Shown: positions 16,345 through 27,600 of the stretch, one piece after another | Numbering within the stretch: position 1 is the stretch's first letter | Layout of the letters: every line of letters begins with the position of its first letter | NCBI GenBank assembly: GCA_036172245.1 | Contig: JAYWIR010000021.1 | Coordinates: 744,001 to 808,000, forward strand | Source: Raillietiella orientalis | Lineage: Eukaryota | DNA: 64,000 nucleotides | Direction of reading: 5' to 3' | Notes under the pieces: generated by a model | Told to the model about the DNA's origin: nothing | The model's input: the letters and a program-made list of their open reading frames with translations, nothing else | The model's database searches: none | Position numbers and translations under genes: made by a program

Positions 16345-19059
16345 CCATTGCTTCTTCGAGCCGCAGTTTCATGCTAAATGAATTGTTTTCCGAGTTACGC
16401 ACTGATCCAATAAACCAAACAAAGCTACAAAGATGGCGGTGCCATTTTCAGGATATTTTAGAATAACGGTGGCGGCAGCATTGCTGGATCTTTGGATTTC
16501 ACACCAAAAGCAGAATTTCCCAAGGAAACACTCCTTCAGGCAGTTATCTATACATGTTGAGTTAGCTTGTCTTATCTTTGCGAAATTCCAAAATCGACAA
16601 CGTTTGCCTGAGTGCAAACCTTCATAAAACTTGTGTATGGAAATCTTTGTATTTGGAACGTTCCAAAGTATTTTTTGTTTCTCTAAGAATTACTTGCTTT
16701 GCTTCGTGCATTTATACGGAAAGGTGTCACACCAACGCTACCCTCAATGACTCACTGTTCCAAAAATATGCTCTTTATGATTAGTTTTCTAAAGTTTTTA
16801 AATAGATCGACAAGTAATATAAGGGAAGTACTGGTTAGCTTTCTGGAATTGCAGGAATTGTAATCTCGCGTTTTGGCATGTAAAAACTGCTTGTGAAGCA
16901 CACTGTTCCTTTTCAGAATATTACATAATACAAAATTAGTGGTGTGTCTTTGTACTCCTGCCTACCGTATCCGTAAGAAGTGCGCAGAGCTGAGCAAAGT
17001 TGGGAATCTCGAAGAGAGATCGACAGTGCCCACACCTTTCCAGTTTCCTAAGAAAGCTCAAAATCCCATGAATATTGCTCAGTTCGCTGCGTGAGCCATA
17101 AGCCAATATCTCACGGCACTTCCATGGTCACCACCCAAGAGATTCCATTTGCAATAGAAGGAACGGTGAAATGTCTGTTCAGTCAATTACACAGAACGCG
17201 GTGTCGAAACCTATAAATGGAAGGAAGGAGAATCGACCAGTAATTCCCCAAATTTGTGGAACACAATTTGTCTGAATGTATAGCAAGTGAACAGGAGCAT
17301 GATGCCCTTCTGTGCAGAACTTTCGCAAGTCGTAGAGTTAGGGATTATTTATCATCTCAATTATTTATTATTGCTGGAGAACCTACCAGATGAGAGCAAC
17401 ACCAAATCAAATAAACTGGAAAACAAATAAACTAGTTTGAAGAGCAGAATAGATCAACCTGTGGCGAATCAACCCTTCTGGGTGAAAATGTGCACGTGTC
17501 GAATGAAAGCTTCTGGTATCAGTAAAGTTCAAAACTGGAGTAACCATTTCTTGTGATTCGGCCGCTCATCTTGCATCCGCCCAAATTTAGGCGAGCTTCT
17601 TCTAGAGGAATCTGTGATCACAATGCTATCAATTTTCTATGGCAAATCCCTTGTCATTTGGTGAACTTACATAATTACCATTCGTATCACGGTCGAATGG
17701 ATGCACATAAAGAAGGAATTGCACGAGTTGATCGATGTCTCAGAACCTTATAGTCACCTTTACGCAGCATATTCCAGCAGAGAGCTCTTGCTGAAAAAAT
17801 AAGCCATTGGAAGAAAAAAAAAATAGCTTGATAGACAATAGGGTGTTCTCTTTGGTTTTAATCGCAATCATCGCATATTGAAATCAACTGTAGCGTTTCA
17901 GCAATACTGCCTACCTAAGCATTTTTTTTTTTTTGAAGCCAGTTGTCTGGAATCAGTTAATGATTCGTTTTAATAACTTTTTATCTGCGACCCCTTTGCG
18001 ACGATTTTACTTTAAAATCCATTCTCAGAGAGTTCATTGGTTTCAATCTCAATCTTCTGACTTTTCTCTTCTCTTATTGATTCACAGACATAAAGGGAGT
18101 GGAAACGGTGGAAGCTAAAGAAAGAGTTCAAATTCAGTTGGAGATCTCTGGCGTTGCTGCACCCGCTGTCATCGCGACTGCTCGTTTGAACTCTGAGTGA
18201 CGTTTTGTTTAAAAGTACGCAGAAATCAGGTGAATAGCATCAAACGGCATTGGGCTGACGCAGTACGAAAGTACACTCGCAGAGTGGATGGAGAGCGCAT
18301 CACAGACAAGAAGTGCTCTATCAAGTATGTGATCCATTCACCATGGCTCATTCGAGCAGGGATGCCAGACTATGCAATGAGAATTTCCTAGCAGTGCCAA
18401 CGAGGAGAAGGCACAGAGAACCATCCATGCTGGCGTGTGAAAGAAGACCGCAGACCTAAGGAGAACAGGGCGCCATCCGAACCTTCAGAGAGGACAGAGA
18501 TTCGACTACCTCACAATAATTGGTCAATGCACACTCGGCGGAAACCGAATGAGCTGTTCAGTCGGCATGGGAACGAGGTGAAAGATCCCCAGTGCAGGTG
18601 CCCATGGAATCAAATTCTGTTCTTAGAGTGGCCTGCATGCTCCACCAGACATCAGCCCGAGGCGAAGAGAGCTGAAACATGGCAGGCAACTGCTTTGAAA
18701 AGTATCAAGGAACACCAGGCACGCATTCAAATGCTTTTGATCGTGCCGGGTCGAAGAGGAAAGATGAAATGTGATTCACGTAGGGTGCACACCGATGAGA
18801 CTGAGAGATGAGCAGCGAGCCTCAGGAGATGGCAAATGGGAGAGCACTGCCTGCCACCCTTAGCAAAAACTGGCTACAGCGAGCGAAAAAAAAATGAAAG
18901 AGATCAAAGCGGAAAGTTGCAATAAAGGACCGATCGCGTTAGTTCGTGGACGGAAAAATAAGATTACAGGATCTGGTCAGTTCGAAGGAGCGAGGCTGGA
19001 ACACATTTGAGAAGGAGCTGTTCTTATTCACAGGAAGACTGAAATGAAATGTCCTTGAA

Positions 19060-20300
19060 ACACAGCCCTTCTGGGCGGTGCCACGGAGGAAGCAGGCAGA
19101 TCCGGTGAATCGCAGTGCAAGACAAAGACTACCTCGACTTCGCAGGAGTAAGGCAGGAAGAGGAATCACGGGGTTGACAGGCTGGAATTGCAGGATTCCA
19201 GCTGCAGAAGTGGAAGACTACTTTGCTCGCGCCTTTGAGGAAGGACTCCCTCCCGACCCCCAATTCCGGAAAATGTTCAAGACAGGAAGGAGTGATCTCA
19301 TCCTTCCAATCGATCTCGCGACGTTCAGGACAAGCGTCGATGCTGCACAGGGAACTTCTTCCTAGGGTCCGGCGGAATCTCGTATGATGGATGGAAGTAG
19401 ATGGACCCAGGGGTGGCCATGCTGGGGTGTCTCGGGTCCAAGGAACGCCCCTGCGACAATGGCACTCTCGAATCACAGTTAGCGTCAGGGTCAATCAGCG
19501 GCTTCATCCATGGTCATTGCTAGAAGGCTTCCTAGACCAGCTCATCGCCAGCAAGGTCATCTGCCGGTAGCAGCAGAAGAGATCTCTTCTGTTCGATGGA
19601 ATCCTGGAGCGGAATCTCATTTTGCCAATTGCACTAGGGAGACTCTGCAGGCTCCTCGCTGGATCTTGTCCCCGGATCCGGAGGATGCATCCAGGACCAT
19701 CGTCTGCACGAGGAGCTCCACCAGACCCTGCGAGTAAGGGAAGCGAGAGAGTCCCTTGGGGACGTCTCCAAGGACCTGCGCGCAGTTGTCCGCGGAAGCA
19801 AAATCGGAGGACGCCAGGTCCCATTCAGGAACGTGGGTCCTCGATTCGCTGAGGAGTGGGGCAGGGACGTCTTGGCTGCCTGCTGTTGGGCAGAACTACA
19901 CGCACTCCTGCTCCACGCAGAACTCATTCCACGCAGGCAGTCTGCTGCCGATGCCCAAGGCGGATGATGGGGTGCTTTCGTCTGCCCCACGAACCGAGAC
20001 GGAGGCCCGTCAGGATCACGGCAGGTGAACGCCTCACTGCATTCTGGATCCCACAAGTCAACAAGGGTGAGTGAGGAACCCGATTTCAAAATGGCCTCTG
20101 TGTGGGAATTCTGCAAGACGATGCACCTGCGCAAACCGTTCGGATTGAGTTCGTCTTCATGGGAACCCGCCAAACAGCAGATTCTCGCAAGAGCAGCCGT
20201 CACAGAGGATTGCAGATCGGGTTTCCGTGGCAACAGTCGAATTCCAGGACACCCTTTCTCTCCTCGTTCGGCGGACGACCGCCGACTAGGGACATTCTAA
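19060..20300 (+). mobile_element. Degenerate RLE-type non-LTR retrotransposon (NeSL/Utopia/R2-like) reverse transcriptase relic
   Basis: Ordered motifs across frameshifts: CRIPAAEVEDYF, TSS*GP/GGISYDGWK*MDPG (SPGPDGIxYxxW), ARRL..QQKRSLLFDGILERNLIL (QKGFLxxDGxxEHN), WILSPDPEDA (WLDLxxAF) and FCKTMHL (KCxxLHL). Confidence 0.6.
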
Positions 20301-21603
20301 AGGGGGCAACCATGAATTTAGAAGTTCCCTAAAGAAATGTGCTAGCCTACGAAATAGGGAGGTCAGCGGGTGCCTGCGAGCAGAAAAAGTCTCGGTTCAC
20401 CCTTGTGAGACAGACGTATTCCGGCTTCTGATCACCCAGAGGGCGCCGCGCTCGTCTACGAGGAAACGTCCTCAGGAATCGCCGATGGATGAGAGTCCTT
20501 GGACATTTCCTGCGGCGGCAGATGAGGGGAAAGAGTGATCCCAGAATCTGTGCTACGTGCAAAATTTGAGCGGCTCGCCGATGGCAGGAACGGCACGAAC
20601 CTGGGAACGCCCTGAAAAGGAGAGGAAGGGAGGAGGCAGAGACCCGGTCCTCGAGGTTTCCTTCCGTCTTCCGCCTCGGCATCCCGGGAGGGGATTCCGA
20701 TCGCCCCGGGAGTAAAGGGGCTCTTCCAGGGGGAGGAGACGGGTTCCCCCCTTCGCTCCCCGCCCAGAATCGGCGCATGCGCCCTGGGGGAAGCTCTCTG
20801 CTTCGACTTCTGTGCGTCCCTCCCGCCACCTGGCATCCAGGAAGGTCGTCAGACCCCTGCACTTTGCCAGAGGACTTGCTCTCCTGCTTTGCTTGGAAGG
20901 GGACGCTGATTCATCCTTTCGCCTCTGACCTGACCCTACTTAGAAGGTTTCCTCGCCCCCCTCTTGAATCCTGCCCTCTTCCCGCCCACGGAGTCCCTAA
21001 CGTCTCGTGGCACCTAGTGGGAGTGAGAGACAGCACTGAGACTCTTTCCCACCTGATCCTCGAGTCTCTCCTCCATTAGAGCCTCCGCTTCCCTCCCTCA
21101 CCCTCCCCTTCCCGCCTCTCATCCGACGGACCACTCCCGTAGAGCGCAAAGCGCGGTCGCGGATGCGAAAGAGGGTGGGCGCGGCTACCGCTTGAGGGCA
21201 AGTTGGCTTTGCACACACTTTATTCCGCAGGAGACGACCAAGGGGGCTGGAAGAATAGGAGGGGTAACGAGCAAGTAGGAAGGAGGGAGGGGATGGGAAG
21301 GGAACGAGCGGATGCGGAACACCGGAGTGGGTGAAGAGACGGACCGCATGGAAGGGCTTAGCGGTGAGCAGCGGGGACGAAGACGACGACGAAGACGGCA
21401 AGAGGAGTGGTGGGTGGGGTGGGGGAGGGGAATAGTAGAGTGGAGGAAAAAGGGGTGAAGGAGGATGAGGGCACTGCGAGGAGGAGGGCGTTCTGCCTCC
21501 AACACCCCTTCAGGCGTCGTGAGACGCTGATATGTTTCGGAGTTGCCCTGGGGACCCGCGGGCCGCGCCGGGAGTCGCGCCGCTCCGCGGCTGGCACGGG
21601 GGT

Positions 21604-24600
21604 TCAGAAGAAGTCCACAGGGCGGGAGGCGACTCTCCTCTCCCCCGCTGTGTTCTCCGCAGGCGATTGGCGGACGCGGTTGATGTTGACCGAGCCGATG
21701 CAGGTCAGGGGGTCCTTGAAGTACTGGCAAACCTGGAAGGAGAGCAGGGAGCGCGAGCACGCAAGGTGTCGAGGTATCCCGCCTACCCCACCTTCCGTCT
21801 CCTCCCGTCCCCTTAGTGGTCGGTCACGCAGACCCTCTGGGAAAGAGGAAAGGAGGAATGGGAGGAGAGAGAATTCCCTCCCTCCCGGATCCTCTTCCTC
21901 GATCTGCGAGATTCTCCGGCTTTCTTCCGGCCTGATAAGGACGCTGGCCGGTTTGCCGGGTGGCTGCCGACGAGCGACGGCAGGACACCCCCTTCTCCGC
22001 CCCCAACGGGAAGCGGAGAGCCCTTACTCCCAACCTCCTTTGCCCCCGTGGCGGTTCTCGGAAGACCGAGCGGCTGGGAAACGCCCCGTTCCCTTCTTGT
22101 TGCTCGAGACGAGGGCTTGGCCCTCCCTCCTCCGAGAAAACCCTACGAGAAAGGGGAGATTCGAGGGGAGAGCACCCCCGTCACGTCCCAGATGCGAAAG
22201 CGATCGCTCCCGGGGAGCAGGTTCCAGAAAGAGTGAGCTCCTCCGGGCTGCCCGGCATCAGAGGCCCAAACCATGCACATGGGAGGTGCGGGGTCCATCG
22301 GAGAGCTGCTGGCGCTCCAGAGGAACCTGAGGGTCTCACGCCTCAGCTGATTCGCCTCCGGAAATCGACCTCCACTGCCGGCGGCGGCGCCACGGGTCGT
22401 GGTCCAAGCGTCCCTCTGGGGGCACGCTACCGAATGGGAGCCAAAGAGGCCTCTGGAGACGGATTCTTCTCTCTAAGATCCGTGGCGAAGTCAGGTACCC
22501 ACGGGTTCGCAGGAGTCGATTCGGGGTCGTCTCTAAGAGAAGACCTGAAGAGATGCGCCGGCACGACCTTCGAGTGCTCATCCCGAGGAAAGGAAGGGGT
22601 GTCGTCGTCCAGAAAAGACGAGGCTGGTCTGAGACCTCCCCTGTCAGCCGTCTTCCTCCTCCGTAAACTCGCCCGGCGCCAGTGGCGTCCGCAGCGTCCA
22701 AGCTGTCGCTTCCCCGGAGCAGACCGAGAAGACCCGAGTGAAGGGGATCCAGCGGGCTTCAGACGCACCCCGAAAGGGCTGGAGATGGAAACCGCCCGCC
22801 GTCCTATGCGTTTTTCTGGAGGTCACCTGCCTGGCCCCGAGGTCCTGCGACAGCCGCCCCAGCTTGACCCCGTGGGTCCTCCCCGATCGCTCGAAGCTCA
22901 CTGGGGGAGAGTAAGCGTGGAGGTGAGACATCAGCATCCTCATGCCGAAAGAGTGGCCTCATCCCCTTCCTCTCTCTCGGAAGCCTCTCGAAAGCATGCG
23001 TTCCGGGGGAAGCGCGCGGGGACAGCTCCCCTGGAGGAGGGAAGGAAAAGAGGAGGGCGCTTGAGCGAGTTTGCGGCGCCGAGCCCGGCCGCGGCCAGCC
23101 GGGAGCTCTCGGGGAGGGAAGGAGGCGGTCGGAAGACCCCTGCTCACCTTCCTGGGAGCCATCCTGTGCGTCCGCACCAACTGGCAGCAGAGCCCCTTCT
23201 CGATGTCGCACTCGTGGCTGTCGTTGCACCGGGCGTCTGGAAGAAACCCTCTGAGCGGAGCAGCGGACTCCGTCCATCGACCCGCTCACCCTCACGCTGA
23301 GGTGCCTACCCCCACGATGGGACCCCTCCCGCATTCCCCCTCCTCCTCTTTGCCTCCTTCTTTCTTCCTCCTCCTCCTCTTTCGCCCTCTTCTTTCTCCC
23401 CCTTCCTCTCCATGCTGATCCTGTTCAGGCAGTTTTCCTCCCTGACTTCGGCCGCCTTCCCTGCCTTCGTCTCCAGGGAGGATGGTGTGAATCAGCTTCC
23501 TTGGCGCTCAGCGTGCGCGCAAGAAAGCGGCGGAGGAGGATCTGTGACCTGCGGCGATCGGGAGCAGGAGAGGAGGAGGAGAAGGAGAGGGTCCTTTCGA
23601 GAAGCTCCCAAGCGCCGCTTCCTCGAGCGCGAGGGATCGGCGCCTCGGGTGCCAGCAGGGGCCAGAGATGAAGCCCTTCTCCTGCTCATTCGCTCTCTCG
23701 ACCCCTCCCTCCTCTGAGTACCCCTCCCCACTTACTGTATCCTTTCCCCTCATCCCTGGAGTGGCACGTCCAGAAGGCGTCGCCTTCCATCAGGCGGCAG
23801 GTCAGTCCGGGCTCACAGTCAGCGGTGCGGCGACACGCCTCTCCAAGCTTCTGGCCGTAGGACTCCTCGCAGGCGCCGACGGCTGTGGAGACACAAGAGC
23901 GGGACGCATCAGCGGCGTGAGCGTGGGCGTAGCCGATCTCCCTCACGCTGCAGGGGGAGGCAGAGCGAGAGCCCGCGAGGCGGGGAGAGAACTGCCAAGA
24001 CGGACCCACAGGAACCCTGGAGAGCGAGGGGGAAGCAAAGACCAGTGGGCAGGAGACAAGAGGGATGCCTCCTCGGCCCAGGGACGCACGAATCCCCCGG
24101 AGCTTTTGTCGACTCTTCTCTTCTTCGCCCCGCACGAACGGCGACTCCTCCCGCGAGACAGGGAAGGGGAAGGGCGCGAAGCGCGCGAGGACGGGAGACA
24201 TGACCCACTGAGGAAAGCATGCACTCGTTCCGCTGTGTTTGTCCCAGGCGGACACGATCAGGGCTGCTTCGACCCTCCGATGACGCCGACCAGATTGAGC
24301 TACGCACTCGGACCGGCGCCGGGAACATGAAGATTTCCTTCGTGGGCAGACAAAGGTCGCGTTCATGAGGGTGCCTCGGCGTCTCCGCTAGGAGGACGGA
24401 AGGGGGGGGGGGGAAGAACCCGGAACGCCTCGTGCAAGGCAAGGGCGAAGACGCGGCGCTTTCCGAGCGATGGACGCTCCTCTGGCTTTTGCGCGGCGTC
24501 GCTTAGGACGAGGAGGAAGCGAGCCACCCAAGCCGCCTCTGCGCAGCGAGCGGTCGAGCCGTCCGGCCCGGGAGCGCCCATGCCCTTTCCCGGCGAGCGG

Positions 24601-27600
24601 CCAGACGGTGAAGACCAATGGAGCGCAGAAGGGGCGGATTCTCTCCTCCGGTCCCTCCCGAACCGCGTTTCGCCTCCTCTTCACACTCTTCTTTCCGGGA
24701 AGATGGGAAGAGGCAGCAGCCTCAACTGCGAGACGAGCGTCGTCCACCATGGCCGGGTCGAGAATTTCTCGTGCCACCGCTGCGAGGCGCAGCAGGCGAA
24801 GCCAGAGCGCCGGAAGCGATCGGGAGGTCGTGCCAGCCTCCGGACGTTGCGGGGACTCCGAAGCGGCGGTCGGACTCTTCGAGCCTCGGGCAGCGGGTAA
24901 GAGAGGAAGAAAAAAGGCCTCCACGTGGACCGTTGTGAAGGGAGCGGACCGATAGGGGCGAGAGGGCGGGGGTCACGTTCAAGGACGTCGCTCGACAGCC
25001 CATCTCTCGGTGGGCTCCCACGCCCAGAGGGGCGGAATCCCCGAGTCCTACGAGGGCTCAGCAAATGGTGGGAAGCCAAACCGTGGCGAAGCAGCTCCTC
25101 GTGCCCAAGGCGCGTGTGAGGGCCGGGAACGGCCGTTTCACGTGATCCCGGTGATGAGGGATGCCGCACGGCTCCCGAACGCTCGAGGCTTTCCCTAAGG
25201 TTCCGTTCCGACTTCGGCACGGGGAAGCGACCACTCCTGCAGGTCGGGATGGATACGGGGGGGGACTCTCGACATCCGGAAGGGGTGGTGCCGAAGGGGG
25301 AAGGAGAAGAGAGTGCCGAGAACTGTCCCCGACCGGGGGCTCCCTCCGCCTCCCGGAGAGTGGGTCCGAGGCGACAGGACCCACGATCCCCCGCAGGGAG
25401 ACCACCGACTTACCGTCCTGGTCAAAGACGCAGACCCATCCTTGGCAGCAGTGCTCGTTGGATGTGCACTTCCTGTCTGCGCACATTTCCGCCAGGGTCT
25501 CCTCGTCCAGGATCTCCTCTGGAGGCTCCTTCAGGTGCTACGGGAGAGAGACTCAGTGAGCAAGATGGAGCAGGGAATGGATGAACCGGATGCGTCGCTG
25601 AACCGACGTAACCGCGGAAGAATGATGCCACCAGTGGAGGAAAGCGGCGGTTTCCGACGGGACGGTGGGGTCGGAGCGGGTGTTCCCCTCCCCCTCGGGT
25701 AGAATTCTTGACCACTCCGCCCCCGGTAGTCTCCAGCACGGAGGGCTCTGAACCGCCCTGGAGGCGAAGGTTCGGAACTGCACTGCGGAGTCATCTTGAG
25801 GAATCCAGAGGAAACGTCCGTGTGCGGACTGTCCGTGTGCCCCCCAACCCAACCCTAAATAGGGGGAAGGGATCGCAGCCATCGCGTACCCGACCCATGC
25901 ACGAAGGGGGACTCTCCGCGTGGGGTAGAGGTGCGACTCCTTCGGATCCTCTGCGTAACAGGAGCTGGTGGGACCGAAAAGGAAAAGATTCGCTCCCTTG
26001 CACGGCGAACGCCCCACTGTCACTCCCGGAATCCCGCAACATCCAGCAGTTGGCGAGTAGGGAGCACGACAAGCGCGTGCTTTCTGAGCCGGCCGCCGAT
26101 CGTCTCCCTCCAGCAGGAGAACCGGTCCTCTTTGTTTCCCAAAAGAGCCTTGCGACCTCACGGAGAAGTCGTCACTGTCCGCCGAAAATGACAGACGTCC
26201 TTCGGGGTTCTTCTGGTTCACTGCTCCCCTTCTAGCCTTTTTTTTTTTTTTAAGGGGGGGGAGGAGAATCTTTTTGGGGGCTCATCGAGTGCTAAAGAAC
26301 CGTTCGTCACCTTTGGGGGAGCTCGCAAGGCACTTTGGCACCATCCACGACGCCCGAGGGTGCGTTAGCCTCTTCAAGTTGTAACGGGTCATCCAGAGGA
26401 ACCACCCTGTAGATCCAGGAAGACCCCAGAGGGAGGAGTCCGTTCCTCTTGCGCTTGGGAGGGTTTTCTCAAGAGTACGCCCCAATTACCTCCGGGATAC
26501 GGAGGAAATTACCGCCCTGGTTGTCTTCGAAGGGACCTCCTGGAATTTCTTCTTTGGAGGGAACCCACAAGGGAACGGACCGTTTTCAGTTTCCTCCTCC
26601 TCTGCAGAGAACCCCGAAGTGACGCTTCTCGCTTTCTTTCTCTGCCCTAATTGCACTCTGGAGAGGCAGCAATGAACTCCATGGCACCCCAAGGGGATGG
26701 TTCCATTTTCCTCCAGCTGGAGGGGGGAAGCAACCTCGAGGGGGAACCGTCCCCTTGGTTCCTGGAAGGATCCCGGTCGGTCAGCTTCCTCTAATCCTGG
26801 CCAGTCAACGGGTGCTTCCGCCAGTGCCTCCACACCCAAAGCCAGCAGAGCCCAACTGGCGCCATCCTGCGGGGGGAGGGGAGACTCGAACGAACCCATG
26901 ACGCACCCTCCGTTCTCGGAGCGTCGATCCTTCCCCCGGGGGCGGGATTCGAACCCGTGACGCTTGGTGCTGAGACCACAGCCTCACGGTCAACAACGGG
27001 AGTTTCCTTTTCAGTCAGAGAGATCAGCGGCGAAACGGGAAGCTTTGGCCACGAGAGGAGCATCGTTCGAGGAGTGCGCTTGCCGGACCAAAACCAACGA
27101 CCTTTCTCTTGCCACGCGTAAGGGGAAGCGGGGGGAAGATCGGGGGAGTTCAGGGAGGCGGGCGAGGAGCAAGCAGTTTGTCACGAAGGAGTCCACCTGA
27201 GCGGATTTGGGGCAAGGGAACGTCCCTGTGAGAGCCTCTGCTTCGAGAAGAGGTTGCGACCTCTAGTCCTGCAGGATTGTGTCTCCACGAGATGGAGACG
27301 TCAGAGCAAAACCCTTCGGAGGAAGGTCCGCGCGGTTCTGCACACCTCTCCCGGACGATTTTCATTCCTTCCTCGGTCGGACAGGGGTGAGCCGGGACTG
27401 AGGGCCGTTGGGCCATCTTTTCCGCTCCCCGCGTCGCCTAGCGATTCCGCCACGTCGCGGACTAACGCCGGGATCTCGGGAGCGAAGACAGCAGCGCAAA
27501 CGGCTCCCCCCCACCTCCCCTCCTTCGTCGCCGCGAAGGGCATTCCCTTTTGTTCGGCAAGAATTCGAGGAGGAATCTGCGATTTCGCCGACGCCGTCCG

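Noticed and set aside
17000..17760. Possible BEL/Pao LTR relic
   Set aside because: No convincing motif order; cannot be supported by eye.
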